Notes: generated by a model not told the origin, from the sequence alone. Counted from the whole stretch's first letter, positions 12,640-26,375 are shown. The stretch: 63,757 nucleotides of DNA, filler included, from Reticulomyxa filosa (GCA_000512085.1; 25 parts of 25 records of this genome joined end to end with filler, not necessarily neighbours in it), one strand, 5' to 3'. Made by a program: numbers and translations.

Positions 12640-13103
12640 TTGGAGCGTAAACAAACACATAAAAAAGTGCTTGACAAGAAGGATTTGATGGAATTGATTG
12701 ACAAAAGGCGTGGATATATGCAACGTGTGGAAGAAACCATTCAACAAATGGTAATTCAAAATGTGGAAAATCCATTGAAACAAGATGAACACAGGAATGA
12801 AGAAATGGAAACGCCAAAGAAAACGTTGGTGTTGGAGTCGACAATACATTGATTTACGTGAAGCATTTCATGGATGAAATGCGAATAGGGGACATTGTAA
12901 ACTTATCCCCAAAAAATAATTTGGACACAAATGAAGCTGATTCAGCAAACGCAAATGTAGAGACAGCGACAACACCAATGGCCACCCGCGCCAAAGTCGT
13001 TGAATTAGCATATCAAATTGAATTAAAGCTGTTGCATTCTCATCAAATTGAAACTATTCACATCACTTACGACAATGCACAACAGGTGACCCAGACAAGT
13101 TGA
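12640..13103 (+). pseudogene. Degenerate gene fragment, possibly CAP-Gly-family related
   Basis: Two overlapping ORFs joined by a frameshift. MRIGDIVNL resembles the xIGDxV start of the CAP-Gly copies elsewhere in the window. Confidence 0.3.
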
Positions 13104-14748
13104 TTTTGATTTTGCTGTCCCCTTTCGCAACCTTTTTTTTTTTTCTTCTTCTTCTTCCTCCTCCTCCTCCCTACTACGTAATTTACAAGGATGTGTCCCA
13201 CTGATGATATGTTTGCAATTTGNNNNNNNNNNNNNNNNNNNNNNNNNNNNNNNNNNNNNNNNNNNNTTAATTAATTAANNNNNNNNNNNNNNNNNNNNNN
13301 NNNNNNNNNNNNNNNNNNNNNNCGTATTACATTTAGTGCAGTTCTCCACAGTAGACTCCCCACAATATTTTTATCAATTCATTATCTATATTCAATTTAT
13401 TTGTGGCTGTAATGCTGATGGAATTGAATGTAAATATTAAAAAAAAGTAATATTGTTAATGCTCTGACTGATTTGTTCAGTCCATCCACCACCATATTTA
13501 AAGTTGTAAGCTTGTTTGTTAATCAGATAACATGCTTTCTTCGAATGCATAATATTAGAATATTTTGCATTTGTTTCAATAATTTTGACTAAATAAAATG
13601 AGTTCTTTTTCCCAACAAAAGCACTAACAAAGTTATTTAACATTAACACTTTGCAAAATCGAAAATATATCAAGATATGTTCGGACATTCTTTCAAATAA
13701 TTTTTTTTTTTTTAGTAAAGACATTTACTTTAGAGAAAGTACTCAATCATTTTTCTTTTGTGTATGTATGTGTGAATAAAAAAAAATTGTATTAGTCTGG
13801 GTGAGACTTGCACTCACATCTATGCGGACCTCCTGAGTTTTCATCAAGATTTATATTACTATTAAGGTATTTTATAGTTATGGAAACTGTCACTATGCCT
13901 TTTAATCATTTCTGAGAACTTGTTTCAGATAAATGTTGTTGGTCTTAAATTCCAACCTCACTTATGAGAATTCAAGTGCAAAATTGCTTTGGATACCACA
14001 TTCGTGGCAGACGCATGCCCTTCTTTGAGCTACCAGACCTTTTCATTTTTTTGATATTATCTTATTTCACATAATGGGTATATTGTTGGGTTGTACTGTC
14101 ATAATCATAGTTAAGTCAAACAAATCAATTTAACAATTAGCTTCATACAATGGAAAATTTTGATTTCATCATTTTTTTAAAAAAAAACAAACAGTTCTCA
14201 ACTAACCAACACATATTTTCACTACCCTTTTTTTTTATTTTTTTTAAAAAGACACGGTCAAATTGTGTGTGTATATATAATAGTGGAACAAGTCACTTCA
14301 AAATAAAATAACTTGCAAATCTCTAAGTATGACAAGGCAGGAAAACTACTACATGATTCTAACAAAACTAGAACAGATGCAGATAATAATATCTGACTAG
14401 CTAAGCAGTTTCTCTTTTTTTTATCAAACAGAACATCTTTCAATAAATTGTTTTTTTAATAGTATATTAACCATAATTAAATTAATTTGGATAAGATCAA
14501 ATAAAAATAATTTCTTACTATTTTTTCTTCCTGTATTTTAAATTAAAAATAATGTTTTATTATAATCTCGATCTTTAAAAAAAAAAAATCGCTTATCTTT
14601 GTTTTCATATATGCGTTACAATTTTAGTATTATTATGCCACCTATCATTATCAAAGAAATCACTTAGCTAAAGAAATATTGAAGTAAACGTCACCTTTGG
14701 CTAAATTTTTCTCTTGTAAAGGGGATTTTTGTTTTCTCAAATAGTAAC

Positions 14749-15333
14749 ATGGGTCAATGTTTAGGCAGTGCGGCACCACCTCCTGTCACTCCAAGAGAGA
14801 GTCAGAGTAATGACGGAGACGGTGGTAAACCTTATGTCGAAAAAGGCCCAACAGTTAACAGAAAAAGAGCTATATTAAAAAGATAAAGACCACCACACCA
14901 CACATGTCGAAGAAAAAAAAGAGGGAGAAATATGAATAAAGCAAGCAATACTCAACGAGTGAATATAACAACACAACAAAAAAAAAAAAAAAAAAGAGTG
15001 AAATAAATCCGACCATATCGTCGACGACAGCAAAAGAGGCCGAAGTACAAGAAAAAGCAGCAAATGACAACGTGACGAAAGTCCCTGGCACAAATACAGA
15101 TCCCTCTCCAGAAGTAGAAGCCACCGGCATGAAAACAGAAACAGAGAAGCAAGAAAATCAAGGCATGTATGTGTTTGTTTGTGTAAAGCTCAAAGCAATT
15201 GCTAATGCATTGTGTGAGTAAAAAGCAAATTGTAAAACAAATATAAAACATATTTGTACGTACCACTTTATCCCATAAACGATTTAGTTGCGGAGATGAC
15301 CGAGCCTCCAATAGAACAAGCAATTGACATAAA
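14749..15333 (+). CDS. N-terminus of a putative myristoylated/palmitoylated protein, 3'-partial (exons 14749-14853, 14997-15162, 15288-15333)
   Basis: Starts MGQCLGS (Gly2/Cys4/Ser7 acylation-type motif). The exons splice in frame into an acidic, disordered region. Confidence 0.6.
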
Positions 15334-15341
15334 GTTTGTTA

Positions 15342-15375
<34 letters not shown>

Positions 15376-16655
15376 TGATATATGATTGAATCTTTTTTTT
15401 TTTTTTTNNNNNNNNNNNNNNNNNNNNNNNNNNNNNNNNNNNNNNNNNNNNTTAATTAATTAANNNNNNNNNNNNNNNNNNNNNNNNNNNNNNNNNNNNN
15501 NNNNNNNAAACAAAAAATAAAATAAAACGAAATAAGATATAGAATATCACAATATGTGTTTTACATTAAGTTTTTTGTGTTGAAGTGAATACTAACGAGC
15601 ACTTGAACATGTTAAAAGTATTGTCGTTTTGCAATAAAAATATTATTAATGAAAATCAAAATTAAAAATAAATGTATTTTTATTGCAATGCAATACTATA
15701 TGTTGAAAGATTCAAGTGAATATGACATTACATTCACAAAAACTTAATAACTAAACTTATCTTATAAAGTTTATTTTATTATTTCTGTTTTGTTAAAATA
15801 TTATTTAGTATTACACTGATTAATTTATTTGTCATAGAAAAACATAAATTATAAATGCAAATACAATATTATGCAAAAAAAACTGTAATATTAAAATGAC
15901 AAATTATAGTAATTATAAATGAAAAAAAACATTTAAACCTAATTTTATAAAAATATATACAAATATTGCAAAGTAAAATGCAAAGTAAAATTAATAACTA
16001 AAACAGCAACTTATATAATATGATTGCTTTTCTACATTAAAAAACAACATTTAAAAAACTTGATGTTGACCTGTTGAGTCTGGCTAGTTTTTGCGCAAAG
16101 TTTTAAAAAAATTTTGTGTAAGTCATGAATGTGTGAGTAAATAGTAACTTACACAAAAATTATATCAAAAGAATTGTTTGAACAAAATGCTATCAAAGTA
16201 TTGAAGTTCAATACAAATTCTACAAAACTGAACTAAATCGAAAAGCTGTTGTATAGTAAAAACTAAAATATTCAAAAATATACAATTCTGATCAAAAGAA
16301 AAACTATGTAAACAATTCTAATTAAAATAGAAAAAAAATGACAAATAAACATGCATAAACTTAATAAAATTAATTTTAGAGAAAATACAAGTAATATGCA
16401 ATGCAAAAAGTGATTTAACCAAATGGTAATTTTCATTAAAAACAATCTTACTACAAAAAAAATTTCAGTTCTTATGCTTTTGAATAACTTAGTTTTTTCC
16501 TTTGCTTTGTATTTACTTATTATTGACTTGTTTGTCATTAGACAAAAAAAAACAGNNNNNNNNNNNNNNNNNNNNNNNNNNNNNNNNNNNNNNNNNNNNT
16601 TAATTAATTAANNNNNNNNNNNNNNNNNNNNNNNNNNNNNNNNNNNNNNNNNNNN

Positions 16656-16694
<39 letters not shown>

Positions 16695-19678
16695 AAAATC
16701 GATTTTTTATTTTTAATTTTTTGTTCAAGAATTAAGTTAAATTTATTTTTTTTATTTATGATTTATTTTTAAAAAATATTTGACAATGATAGGAACGATG
16801 TGCTGTATAATGAACGTGTTGCTGTCCGATAATATGTTAAGTAAAAGTTTGAAATACACATAAACAATTTTTCATACTTATATAATTATAAAAGTGGTTC
16901 AGAAAATGATGATGTGACTGTATAACAGCTTAAAGTATGATAATGGAAAAAATGTGGAGAAGCTCGCATGACTTGGAGTACGGGAAATGTTGCGCTTATT
17001 GGACTTTTAAGTGTGGTCGCGCGAGTTGGATTATTATCATTGTTGCAGCTGTCATGTTGAGTTCCTGGTCGTTTGCAAGTTGTGTTCCTGTCGTTATCAA
17101 TTTGAGTTCCTGCAAGTCGTGTTCCGGCGAAGTTCGTTGCAAGTTGTTCCTGCAATTATCAAGCTGCTGTTCAACATTAGATCGTGTGTGCGTAACTGGA
17201 TAATTAATATCGATTTTATTCCTTCGGCCGCAAAAGTTACGGTAAATCGTATAAAATGTCTTTTTTTTATTTAAGAATAACACTTATATAATTGTAGACT
17301 TGTCTGTGTGTAAATAGGTATTTGTAAATCAAAAAGGATGAAAAAGGGGAAAAAATGGAGAAAAAGGCGTTTGAAACGATGTATACGTGTTGGTGGAGAT
17401 GTGGATTATTTATAATAACATTCGTTGGCAGTTCGGCAGAAAAGGGATGAAAAAGTTAGTAAATCCCCCATAAAATTACGTCGTTGGTTTGTGAAAATGA
17501 AAAATTATGGTCATTACGATAATTCAAATTGTTATACGTCCAGCCACTCATCTTGTTCAATCTCAACAACTTCATATCACTTCGACTGCATTAACATCAA
17601 ATTCCCATTCTACAATAGACTTCACAATTTCTCCATTATCAACATCGGATTGCAGATATCAAAGTGTCTTGTCATACGCGCGCAATGACACGTTATTAAT
17701 TGGCAAAGACTTGACGATCTCGCAATTACCCATTGGATTCGTCTGGCTATTAAAATGTTTCGGTGGAAGTGATACCGAAAAGTGTTGTAATCGCGCAACA
17801 TCGTTGGAATGTGGTGGCTAACTAAAGTCGTTTGAGTGGCCAAAAGCGGAGAACATTATGATCCAGTGTTTCGGTGTTATTGCGATTAGTCGAAATGCCT
17901 AAAAGTTGCCATAAATAAACAGTTTGTGTTTTTGTGAGTAGACAAAATACATTTAAAAACTTTTTTTTAAAAAAAACTTATACGTACAAACATAAAAATA
18001 GGTTCTGAGAACAATCGGCAAGTCACTTAGTGAAAAGGTGAACCGAAAAGACCAAAAAACGGATATTCCACAAAAAAAAAAAGATCACGCGAAAAATTTT
18101 TTGTGGAAATATACGTGGCAGGGTCATCAATAGATATACGTACCTGATAGCCTCAAGGATAAAAAAAGAATAGTATGTGCTATGCCTCATCTCAACCAAA
18201 GCAACAGCAGCATCAATGACCATTACGGTGGAAAGCACGTGCAAGAACGGGCAAAAGGAAAAGAAATGGAATTGGCGACGATCTCGTTGCCACAAGGCAA
18301 AAAACGATTGGAAGCTGTTGCAGCATTCAAAGTCGGAGATATAAGCAACTAAGCGGCGACAAGTCATTAGCAGCGTAATTGTTCTCCATTTTCACGTTCC
18401 TGAAATCAAAGTCTTGGATCCGTACCTTGAAAAGTTTAATTATTTCATATATATGTAATTAATAACTAATATCAACATACTCAAACAATATACTTACTCG
18501 AACTTGATGTGCGTTTGAAATATTTATAAATATTTGGATAGGTAAGTGGACATTGAGTGTGCGACCAGGATGGAAAGCGCTCTTCATTCAAGTACACGAT
18601 ATGAAGGCTGCTTCTGGTCTGAATTCACTTGAAGAAGATTGGTACGGTGCTGTTGTTCTATTGCCATTTGTGCTAGAGTGACAACAGCAATAGTAACATC
18701 AAGAGTGCGATCAAGAAAGCGAATAACGTGGCGATCATAATTCAAATTGGAAAAAGATCGAATTCTATGTGCCACGACAACACGCACATGCGCACACATT
18801 TTCTCCATACAGATATCTGCTATCTGTCCAATAATGCACAAATCAATATCATTTGATGGCACGTATCTATGGAGAGTCGATGTTGCTGTTTTTATTTGGA
18901 TTAGTATACTTTTTAAAAAGTAGAAATCTCCATAATAGATTGAAAGGAAAATCAAAGTCAATTAGGTACTTTTTTTTTAACTGTCTCCATTTGTACTGTA
19001 AATCCAAGTTGTGATAAACACATATGATATATTCTCAAAGAACCAAAAATTGTCCGTCGGACAAGCGGAAAAGTTGAACATGTTGTGTCGACGGGCTAGG
19101 CAAGTGAAGTTCAAAGGTCGGAAACGTGTTCAAGGTAGTGTGTTGTTCGTCTGGAATGTTTGAAGTGTAGTTTGTTTTTTGTTGTGCAATTTGCACCAAA
19201 TGTTTGATTTTTTCTTATTGAAAAAAAGGGGCAGCGCAAGCCTATCATCGACATGCACAAAGGTTTTCAACGCATTATAATTTGGCAACAATTCATCTAG
19301 TTTGAGTAGCACCTCAAATATACTTCCACAACGTGACTGCTGATAATGAAAGTTATCATCGACTCGTATTTTTTTTATTAAAAAATTTATCATTTTGTTC
19401 AAGAAATCATCAAATTTACATTTTTCTAAGTATTGATTTTTAAAAAATTTCTCAAATGACACCATATTTGGGAGTTGCTGTATACAGAAAACGAACGACA
19501 AATATTATTTGAGGATCAAATTTTTGGAAGAAATATTTACGTTAATAGAGGAAAAATTACATGTAGATAGGGCTGCTTTTCTTCAGATGACCAATGTTCG
19601 CCCTTGCAACTGAAAGAAAATTCGAAAACTAGAGCGATTATTTGCAAAACCAAACCAAACAAAGAAACAGAACCTCAA

Positions 19679-21164
19679 TCACGATGATGAAACTGGATCA
19701 ATATCAATGCATTGAAGGACATGTTGATAGACATGAGGCATGTGATCGCTTAGATCCCTTCCGCTGACAAGCATTCTTCCAGAAAAACTGAAAGGATTGC
19801 AGCGATAAATAATATATTGATTATTATTTTTATGTTCATAGCAAGGTGTGCAGCACAAACAATTCACAACTCCATGACACCAACAAGAAACACATAGCTG
19901 ACGAAGAACGAAGAACCATCGTTGGCAGCAATTCAATTCGGTATATCTTCGATGTCTGGTTTTTTTAAGAGCGCTCGTTGTACTAGCAGATTGCATATCT
20001 TTGATGCAAATGTGGAATGCTCTTCCCAAATGAGTCATTTTAATATCCCACAAATCTGGACTGACAAGTCCATCATCAATAGTTTTTTGTCGAATACTGT
20101 TATAGGCTTGACTAATTTCTTTTTGATATGCCAGGCACACTGGTTCATTATTGACACTATATTGTTGTTTTTTTTTTTTTTTCGTTTTACAGTTGTGTCA
20201 ACCAATCAAAAAAGAAGATAAACCACAACAAAAAAAAAAAAAAATATATATATTTTGCTGACATTGAAATTTGTTGCTTTGTGGGTTGGACAGAAGTGTC
20301 TGTTGAATGGTCCTGCTCGACATTAATCTCAACGAGTTCAGATTTATCAGCAACAGTTTTGTTCATACTTTCATCAGTGCTGTCATGACCATTGATGAAA
20401 CCACTATTGGATACCAATGCATCTTTGATCGTGAAACGATCTGCCAGCATAGAAGCTTGGTAAACCCACCACTGTGTCCGGATGCATTGTTGCAAAAGTC
20501 TCGGAATTGAGGCACGTATTTTGACGAGTCCTCGCCAGCTCAGTCTCGGTACGACATCTTTGCTATGAATGAAACAACACAAGTACTTTTCACTTTCGGA
20601 CAATCTGGCACGGCAATAGTTTTCGTCAAATACTGGCGGCGGAGCAAACGCAAATGCCCGAAGAGGACGATTCCTGTAGCTTTTATGAAAGACGTTGTCA
20701 CGTCCATTCTGTAAAAATTCGGCCAATACCACTGTCACGCCAGCACCCAAGCTTTCATCACAATCCCCATCCCATCCCCATCCCCCCCCGTCCCCATGCG
20801 CATCCACCAATTCGTGTTGTTCACACTAAACAAACAAACAAGCAAATGGCATACCTGTGTCCATTGATAATTAACCCATAATCCGTATTTTGCTCCAAGA
20901 AGTTGATGACATTTTTTGCTCCGTTCAGTGATCGCAAAACTTGTTGAGACGTTTGGTAAATACCAGAATGACACCAACATTTGGTCGGGATCTCTGGTAC
21001 GGGCACTGGCATGCATTGTCCATCTGTCACCGTATTTGATATGCTCATCGTACCACGAATGCTAATCACCACAGCTTTCTTTTCGTGATCGATGTTTACA
21101 TAATGAGTGACCACGTGGTATCCTTTTTATATATACATATATAAAAATACATATATAAGTAATG

Positions 21165-21221
<57 letters not shown>

Positions 21222-21630
21222 AAAAAAATAAACTTATATAAAGATTGGAAAAAAAAACAAAACTTCTTCCTGCCATGTCGGCCAAGAGCAAGTCCCTTGG
21301 ATCGGTATGAGTGTTATTCAAAAAGACGCGTAGGTCGCTGTTATCGGTGCTGCACGCACAAGCGCATGACGAGGCATTGGCATCGATGATGTTGCCATCG
21401 GCGGTAAGATGGGATGGCAGCCCACATACGGGATTGCAGCAGATGGCACAAGGATTAGTCAAAGTCTGCAAGCCAATGCCGTAGGCCGCACAAGCGTGGT
21501 GAATCCAGTGTTGTCCTTCTTTTACCCATTGTCGGTCCTCGTCACCCAATTGTGGTTGCAAGCCACTGTACAATTGCATTTGAAGTTGTCGATACGAAGC
21601 GGGTTCTTTTTTTTTTCCTCTTTGCTGTCA

Positions 21631-21669
<39 letters not shown>

Positions 21670-22718
21670 CTATAATCTTCCTTTTTCTCTTCATGAGCAT
21701 TATCCTTACTTTGAGTGGTATCCACATTAACATTATTAGCATCAACATTAACATCAACATTAACATTAACATTAACATTAACATTAACATTAACATTAAC
21801 ATCTATATTCTTGCTCTTGTCTTCATCGTTGTCTTTGTCTTCGGTCGGGTAATCGCCATGCTCGGAATAAGGGTGGAAAAACAACTCATCGAACCAGCCG
21901 TAATACTTTTGCAACATTCGCAGCAACTGCAACCCCGTCCACAAGTCGCCCACGCTCATTTCGGCTTCGAACTTGGTCGTGCCCTGTTGCAACATGGCCA
22001 TGAGTGCGCCCAGTTCGTCAAAGGTGGCATGAATGGGCTGGTGGTGCATGGCCTCTTGTTCTCGCGGCAGGATGAATGGATGACAACAGCGATTGAAACG
22101 CTGCGACCACAACTGCGATTCCAACACTCCGTCGTCGGCTCCTTTGCGTTGCGAAAAGCACACCAACAGGCATATACTTATAAACAGCGATGTCATGTTG
22201 CAACACATTGCCACTAACGACAAATCGAACAACAGCTTTTCATCGTCTTTCAGACATTCGTACGACTGCGGCAAAAATATTGCAAACACTGACCACACTA
22301 CTGCCACACCCTCTCCTACGTTCAATATCAACCCAAATTCCAACAGCTTCTGCAGTCGTGGATTGTACTCGAAGATCTTCGTATTGTAACTCATACACAA
22401 CGATATTACACAGGTCAACAATGTCAACCCATGCACCAACAACGAAAACATTACGTACAACTCATATTGCAACGCTATATGACACGACGACGATCGATTG
22501 TGGATCGACGCCAGGCTCAACTCAATCACCAAAAATATTACAAAGTAAAACAAATGCACGCAGATGCTGCAACAATACGGAACCACCAGGTCCGAGTAGT
22601 TCAGAGGCAACCGGTGATTCAACAATTCCACTCGAGACTTGTGTGTTGCGAGCAAAACTTGCTCTTCAGGAGATGCATCTGTCCCATACTTCAATTTCCC
22701 TGGTGATTGCTTTTGCAT
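19679..22718 (-). CDS. Class 3 lipase, sn1-diacylglycerol lipase (DAGL)-like, with 4 N-terminal TM helices; exons 22718-21264, 21122-20855, 20751-20263, 20156-19679
   Basis: HHACAAYG; DHEKKAVVISIRGTMS; HSG; GH-S-LGAG after splicing; AFAPPP; DVVPRLS; SDHMP. One apparent frameshift lies at the homopolymer near 21607-21616. Confidence 0.88.
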
Positions 22719-23412
22719 GCTTTTTTTCTTTGCCTCTCCTCACACAAACACAATATACCCCTTTGATTTTTTTTACGATCTTATATTTATTGATACAACT
22801 TTTTTTTTTTTTTTTTGAAAAACACATTTGTATTTTTGCTTAGCACATCACGGTTAATGTCATGTGCATTACATTAATCTTTTTTTGTGTGATATGGTTG
22901 CTTAAGTCAACGCAAAAGATTTCAATCTTACATGGACGTTTCTCCATTTGTTTGTCATGAGGAAGAATAAAAATATAACAAAAGTTTTTGTAGTGGCAAT
23001 TTATGTGGATTTGCCAATATATTGTTTATTTGTTTTAGTTTATTTTTAATTTCTTTTAATTTAAAAGTAATTTATTTTAAAAATGTAAAATTCTCAAAAA
23101 TTTTCTTCAAAAATTTACCAAGTTCTCAATTACAGCATTTTTTGGAGGAAAATTTCTAAAATATCTCTGATTCCCACCACTTGATTGTCATTGTTTAAAT
23201 TTGGATAGTTTCTTGTACTGGCTCTGAAATTGAGTATCACAGTTTGTGGTAATACTTGCTGTAAAGTTATTTGTGGTTAAGATGGTAACGTCTTGGGCTA
23301 AAATTTATGAAATTAGCAAAGGAATACAACGACAAAAAGTCTTTTCCAAGTAGTTTTTGCCAAAAAGAAAAACTACGCAACAAAAAAAAAATACTAATTT
23401 TAATATCTAAAG

Positions 23413-24257
23413 ATGAGCTTGGACGTGTTACGAAAAGAGTTGCATAGCTTAATAAGAAAATCTTTGCCTGACCAATTGTTTACTGCTCTCCACAGTTCTA
23501 GTTCACCGATAAGAGATCAGTTTCTCAGGTTCTTGGCTTTGACGTACACAGATTGGTCGTTGAGACAGAATGACACCGACAAAGAAAGCATCAAAAAACA
23601 ATGGGTTAGTGCGCTCGGAATAGGTTCACATGCCAACAGAGATCCTGCAAATGGTTTGCTTATGGCTTTTTTTTTTGCTTTCAAAAAACAAAAAAATTTT
23701 TTTGTTTCCATATGTTTGAATAACTGAGAAAAAATAAAAACAAAAAAAGGAACAAGCAAATCGGCCAAGTCCAAAAAGCCTTCACCAAATAAAGAGGGTC
23801 ACACAGGCAATAGCAATCCAGGGACGCCAATACCGAACGCAAATGCAAATGGAAATATAAGTGTAGTCACAAATGCAAACACAAATGGAAATGCAGGTAC
23901 AACTGCAACAACGAATGTGAATGAGGGTGAGAGTGAGAATGAGAGCGAGAACGAGAACGCAAACGCGGGTGCAAGCACAAACACCAATGGCAATGGGAAC
24001 ACCGCGAACAAGCGGAACAAAATGAACCTGACAGTATCGATCAAACACATCAATGTAAAGCAAAAAGAAGGACGTAATAATGAGCGCATAAGGAAATCAC
24101 TTGCACGCAACAACATGAGCCCAATGGGAGGTGAGCTAGCCACAAATTCCCATTCCAAGAATCTCTCCGAGATATCATCAGCAGCGTCAGTATCGTTAGC
24201 AGCATCAGTGTCATTGGTATCGCCACCAACATTGTCTCGTCAACAATCCAAACACGG
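23413..24257 (+). CDS. Hypothetical protein with N/G/E-rich low-complexity region, spliced, 3'-partial
   Basis: An ORF from 23413 is joined by a GT-AG intron (~23654-23749) to an open exon running to a GTACGT donor at ~24257. Confidence 0.5.
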
Positions 24258-24279
24258 TACGTATATTGTATCAAGCAAA

Positions 24280-24315
<36 letters not shown>

Positions 24316-26030
24316 GNNNNNNNNNNNNNNNNNNNNNNNNNNNNNNNNNNNNNNNNNNNNTTAATTAATTAANNNNNNNNNNNNNNNNNNNNNNNNNNNN
24401 NNNNNNNNNNNNNNNNAAAAAAAAAAAAAAAAAATATCAAAACCGAAGCAATTGTCAAAATATTAATTTAAAAAAAAAAAAAAATCAAAATTAAAAAAAA
24501 AAAAACAATGAACGTATCAGTGAGTTTAAATTTTAGTTTGTGATTTGTTTAGTTTGGAACAGAAGAAAAAATAAATAAACACGGCTGTGAAGGACGTCTT
24601 TTTATGATGTTGTCACGTGGTGGATCAACATCCATTGGGCCAGATTTCTTCGGAAATTGGAAACCACAAATTATTACATGGCAAAGACTAATGTCATAGA
24701 AATCATTCTCAATGCAATGAACAGAAAATATCTTGCTTCTTTTCTTCCAAAGTGTGCACAGAATTTTTCTTATTTTAGTTGCATTTTTGTTTGTTTGTTT
24801 TTTTCCTCCTCGTTTTTTTCCTTCTGTTTGTCTTTTTGCACATAAAAATTGAAGTTAATTTCATCTCGTTTCGCCCACGTTGTTTATGAGCACAAAAGAA
24901 TTTTATTGTGAGACAATCTTTTGTAAAAAATCTTAAGTCACATATTTGGAGGAGATTTTGAAGGAATATTTTCAAATCGCTGAAAAGTATTTTCACAATA
25001 TCCAAATTTATTGATTGTAAATTTTTTGATGTTTGTAGTTCATTTGAAATTCTAGCCAATGACAATTTAAAAATTTTAATTTTTGAAGCATCTGGTTCAT
25101 GTTTCAATTACTCCAAAACAAGACAATCGTTTTTAAAAAGAACAAGGGACTTAACAAGGCTGTGTAGAAAAAAAAGTAATACGTACTTTATTATCAAAAG
25201 ATACTGCGTGATTTTTTTTAGCACTTATCTCCAAGTAAGGATTTGACTATTCCAATTCAAAATGCAAAGATTTAGCTCCAGAAAACATAAACGAGCAAAA
25301 AAACAACTTGAGTTGCTGTGCTTTTCACCACTCGAGCGAATCTTATATTTGGTTACATAATTAATGTTGCATTTTTCTCCATTGTGTTTAAACACAAAAG
25401 ATTAAAAGTTAAAAAAAATTAAATTTGGTAGTATATGAATCACTTAGCAAGTAACGAGAATTTGAAAAAGAAACTTTCAAAAAAAAAATTTCGAAAGAAG
25501 ATACGACACAAAGAATGTATTTAACGAAAAAAATTATAGCTAAATCTTTGTATTGGCCGTATTCGTAAGAAATTTTTATGAGTTATAAAATTAAAATTAT
25601 TTTTCACGTGATTAAACTTTTCAAAACAACTAAAAACATAATAAATCAAAACGTATACAAATCTAAAATTGCGATTAGTGGGTACTAATTGGGAAAATGT
25701 TTTAAATGAGTTGATGGTGATTATCAGGAAAAATGAAATAGTTTATTCAATAATGAGGCAAAAAATATTACTTTTTCAACCATCTTCCTTTCCTTGGGCA
25801 TTGACAAAAAGAGGGGCGAAAAAAATGCCACGATATTCACAAGAGTTGGCCCCTGATGGAAAAAAAAAAATGAACACATATGAGAACCAATGAAAATGAT
25901 GTGAGTCGAATAAATATGAAAACTTGGAAATCATAAACAGAAAGAAGGCTTTTCTTTTTTTTTTTGTTTCTTCCCCGTTGTCTCTGACAAGTACAGTGTT
26001 GGAAAATACAGCTTCCTTCATATAAAAGGA

Positions 26031-26375
26031 TCAACCGGACTTGAACAATAGAATAGCGACTTGATCGATGTAAAAATAAATGAAATGTTTGGTTTCGTGG
26101 GTAACATAACTACCAAAGTTTCTCCCAACTACACAATGCCAAGTTGGGCCATGTTTTTTGTCAAATTCTTTTTTGATGTGTGATGCGACATCTTTTTCTA
26201 TCGTAAGCTTTTCCAGTGCCTGTTTGTATGTAAAAATATGTTTTGTTGTTACTGTCATCATTGGGTGTGTGGAATGACGCGTTTCAACTGTGGTGGCAAA
26301 GGCTACCGCATCGACTTGCATTTCTGTGGACATGTCTGCAATCTTAATAACTGCTTTCTTGGTGTCTTGTGTCAT
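26031..26375 (-). CDS. DYNLL1: Dynein light chain LC8 type (intron 26220-26288)
   Basis: [73 protein letters not shown] is the canonical LC8 sequence. Confidence 0.97.
   Translation of the reverse strand: MTQDTKKAVIKIADMSTEMQVDAVAFATTVETRHSTHPMMTVTTKHIFTYKQALEKLTIEKDVASHIKKEFDKKHGPTWHCVVGRNFGSYVTHETKHFIYFYIDQVAILLFKSG

Noticed and set aside
16886-19000. Coding-like fragments on the minus strand (similar ones at 1-1170, 39739-41256, 44339-47639, 50340-52100)
   Set aside because: Probably decayed genes, but no motif could be recognised to support a call.
21542-22217. Long ORFs with poly-V, ININ, MLML, poly-F or poly-L (also 2553-3133, 54628-55047, 61107-61313)
   Set aside because: They are shadow frames of microsatellites or of real genes on the other strand.
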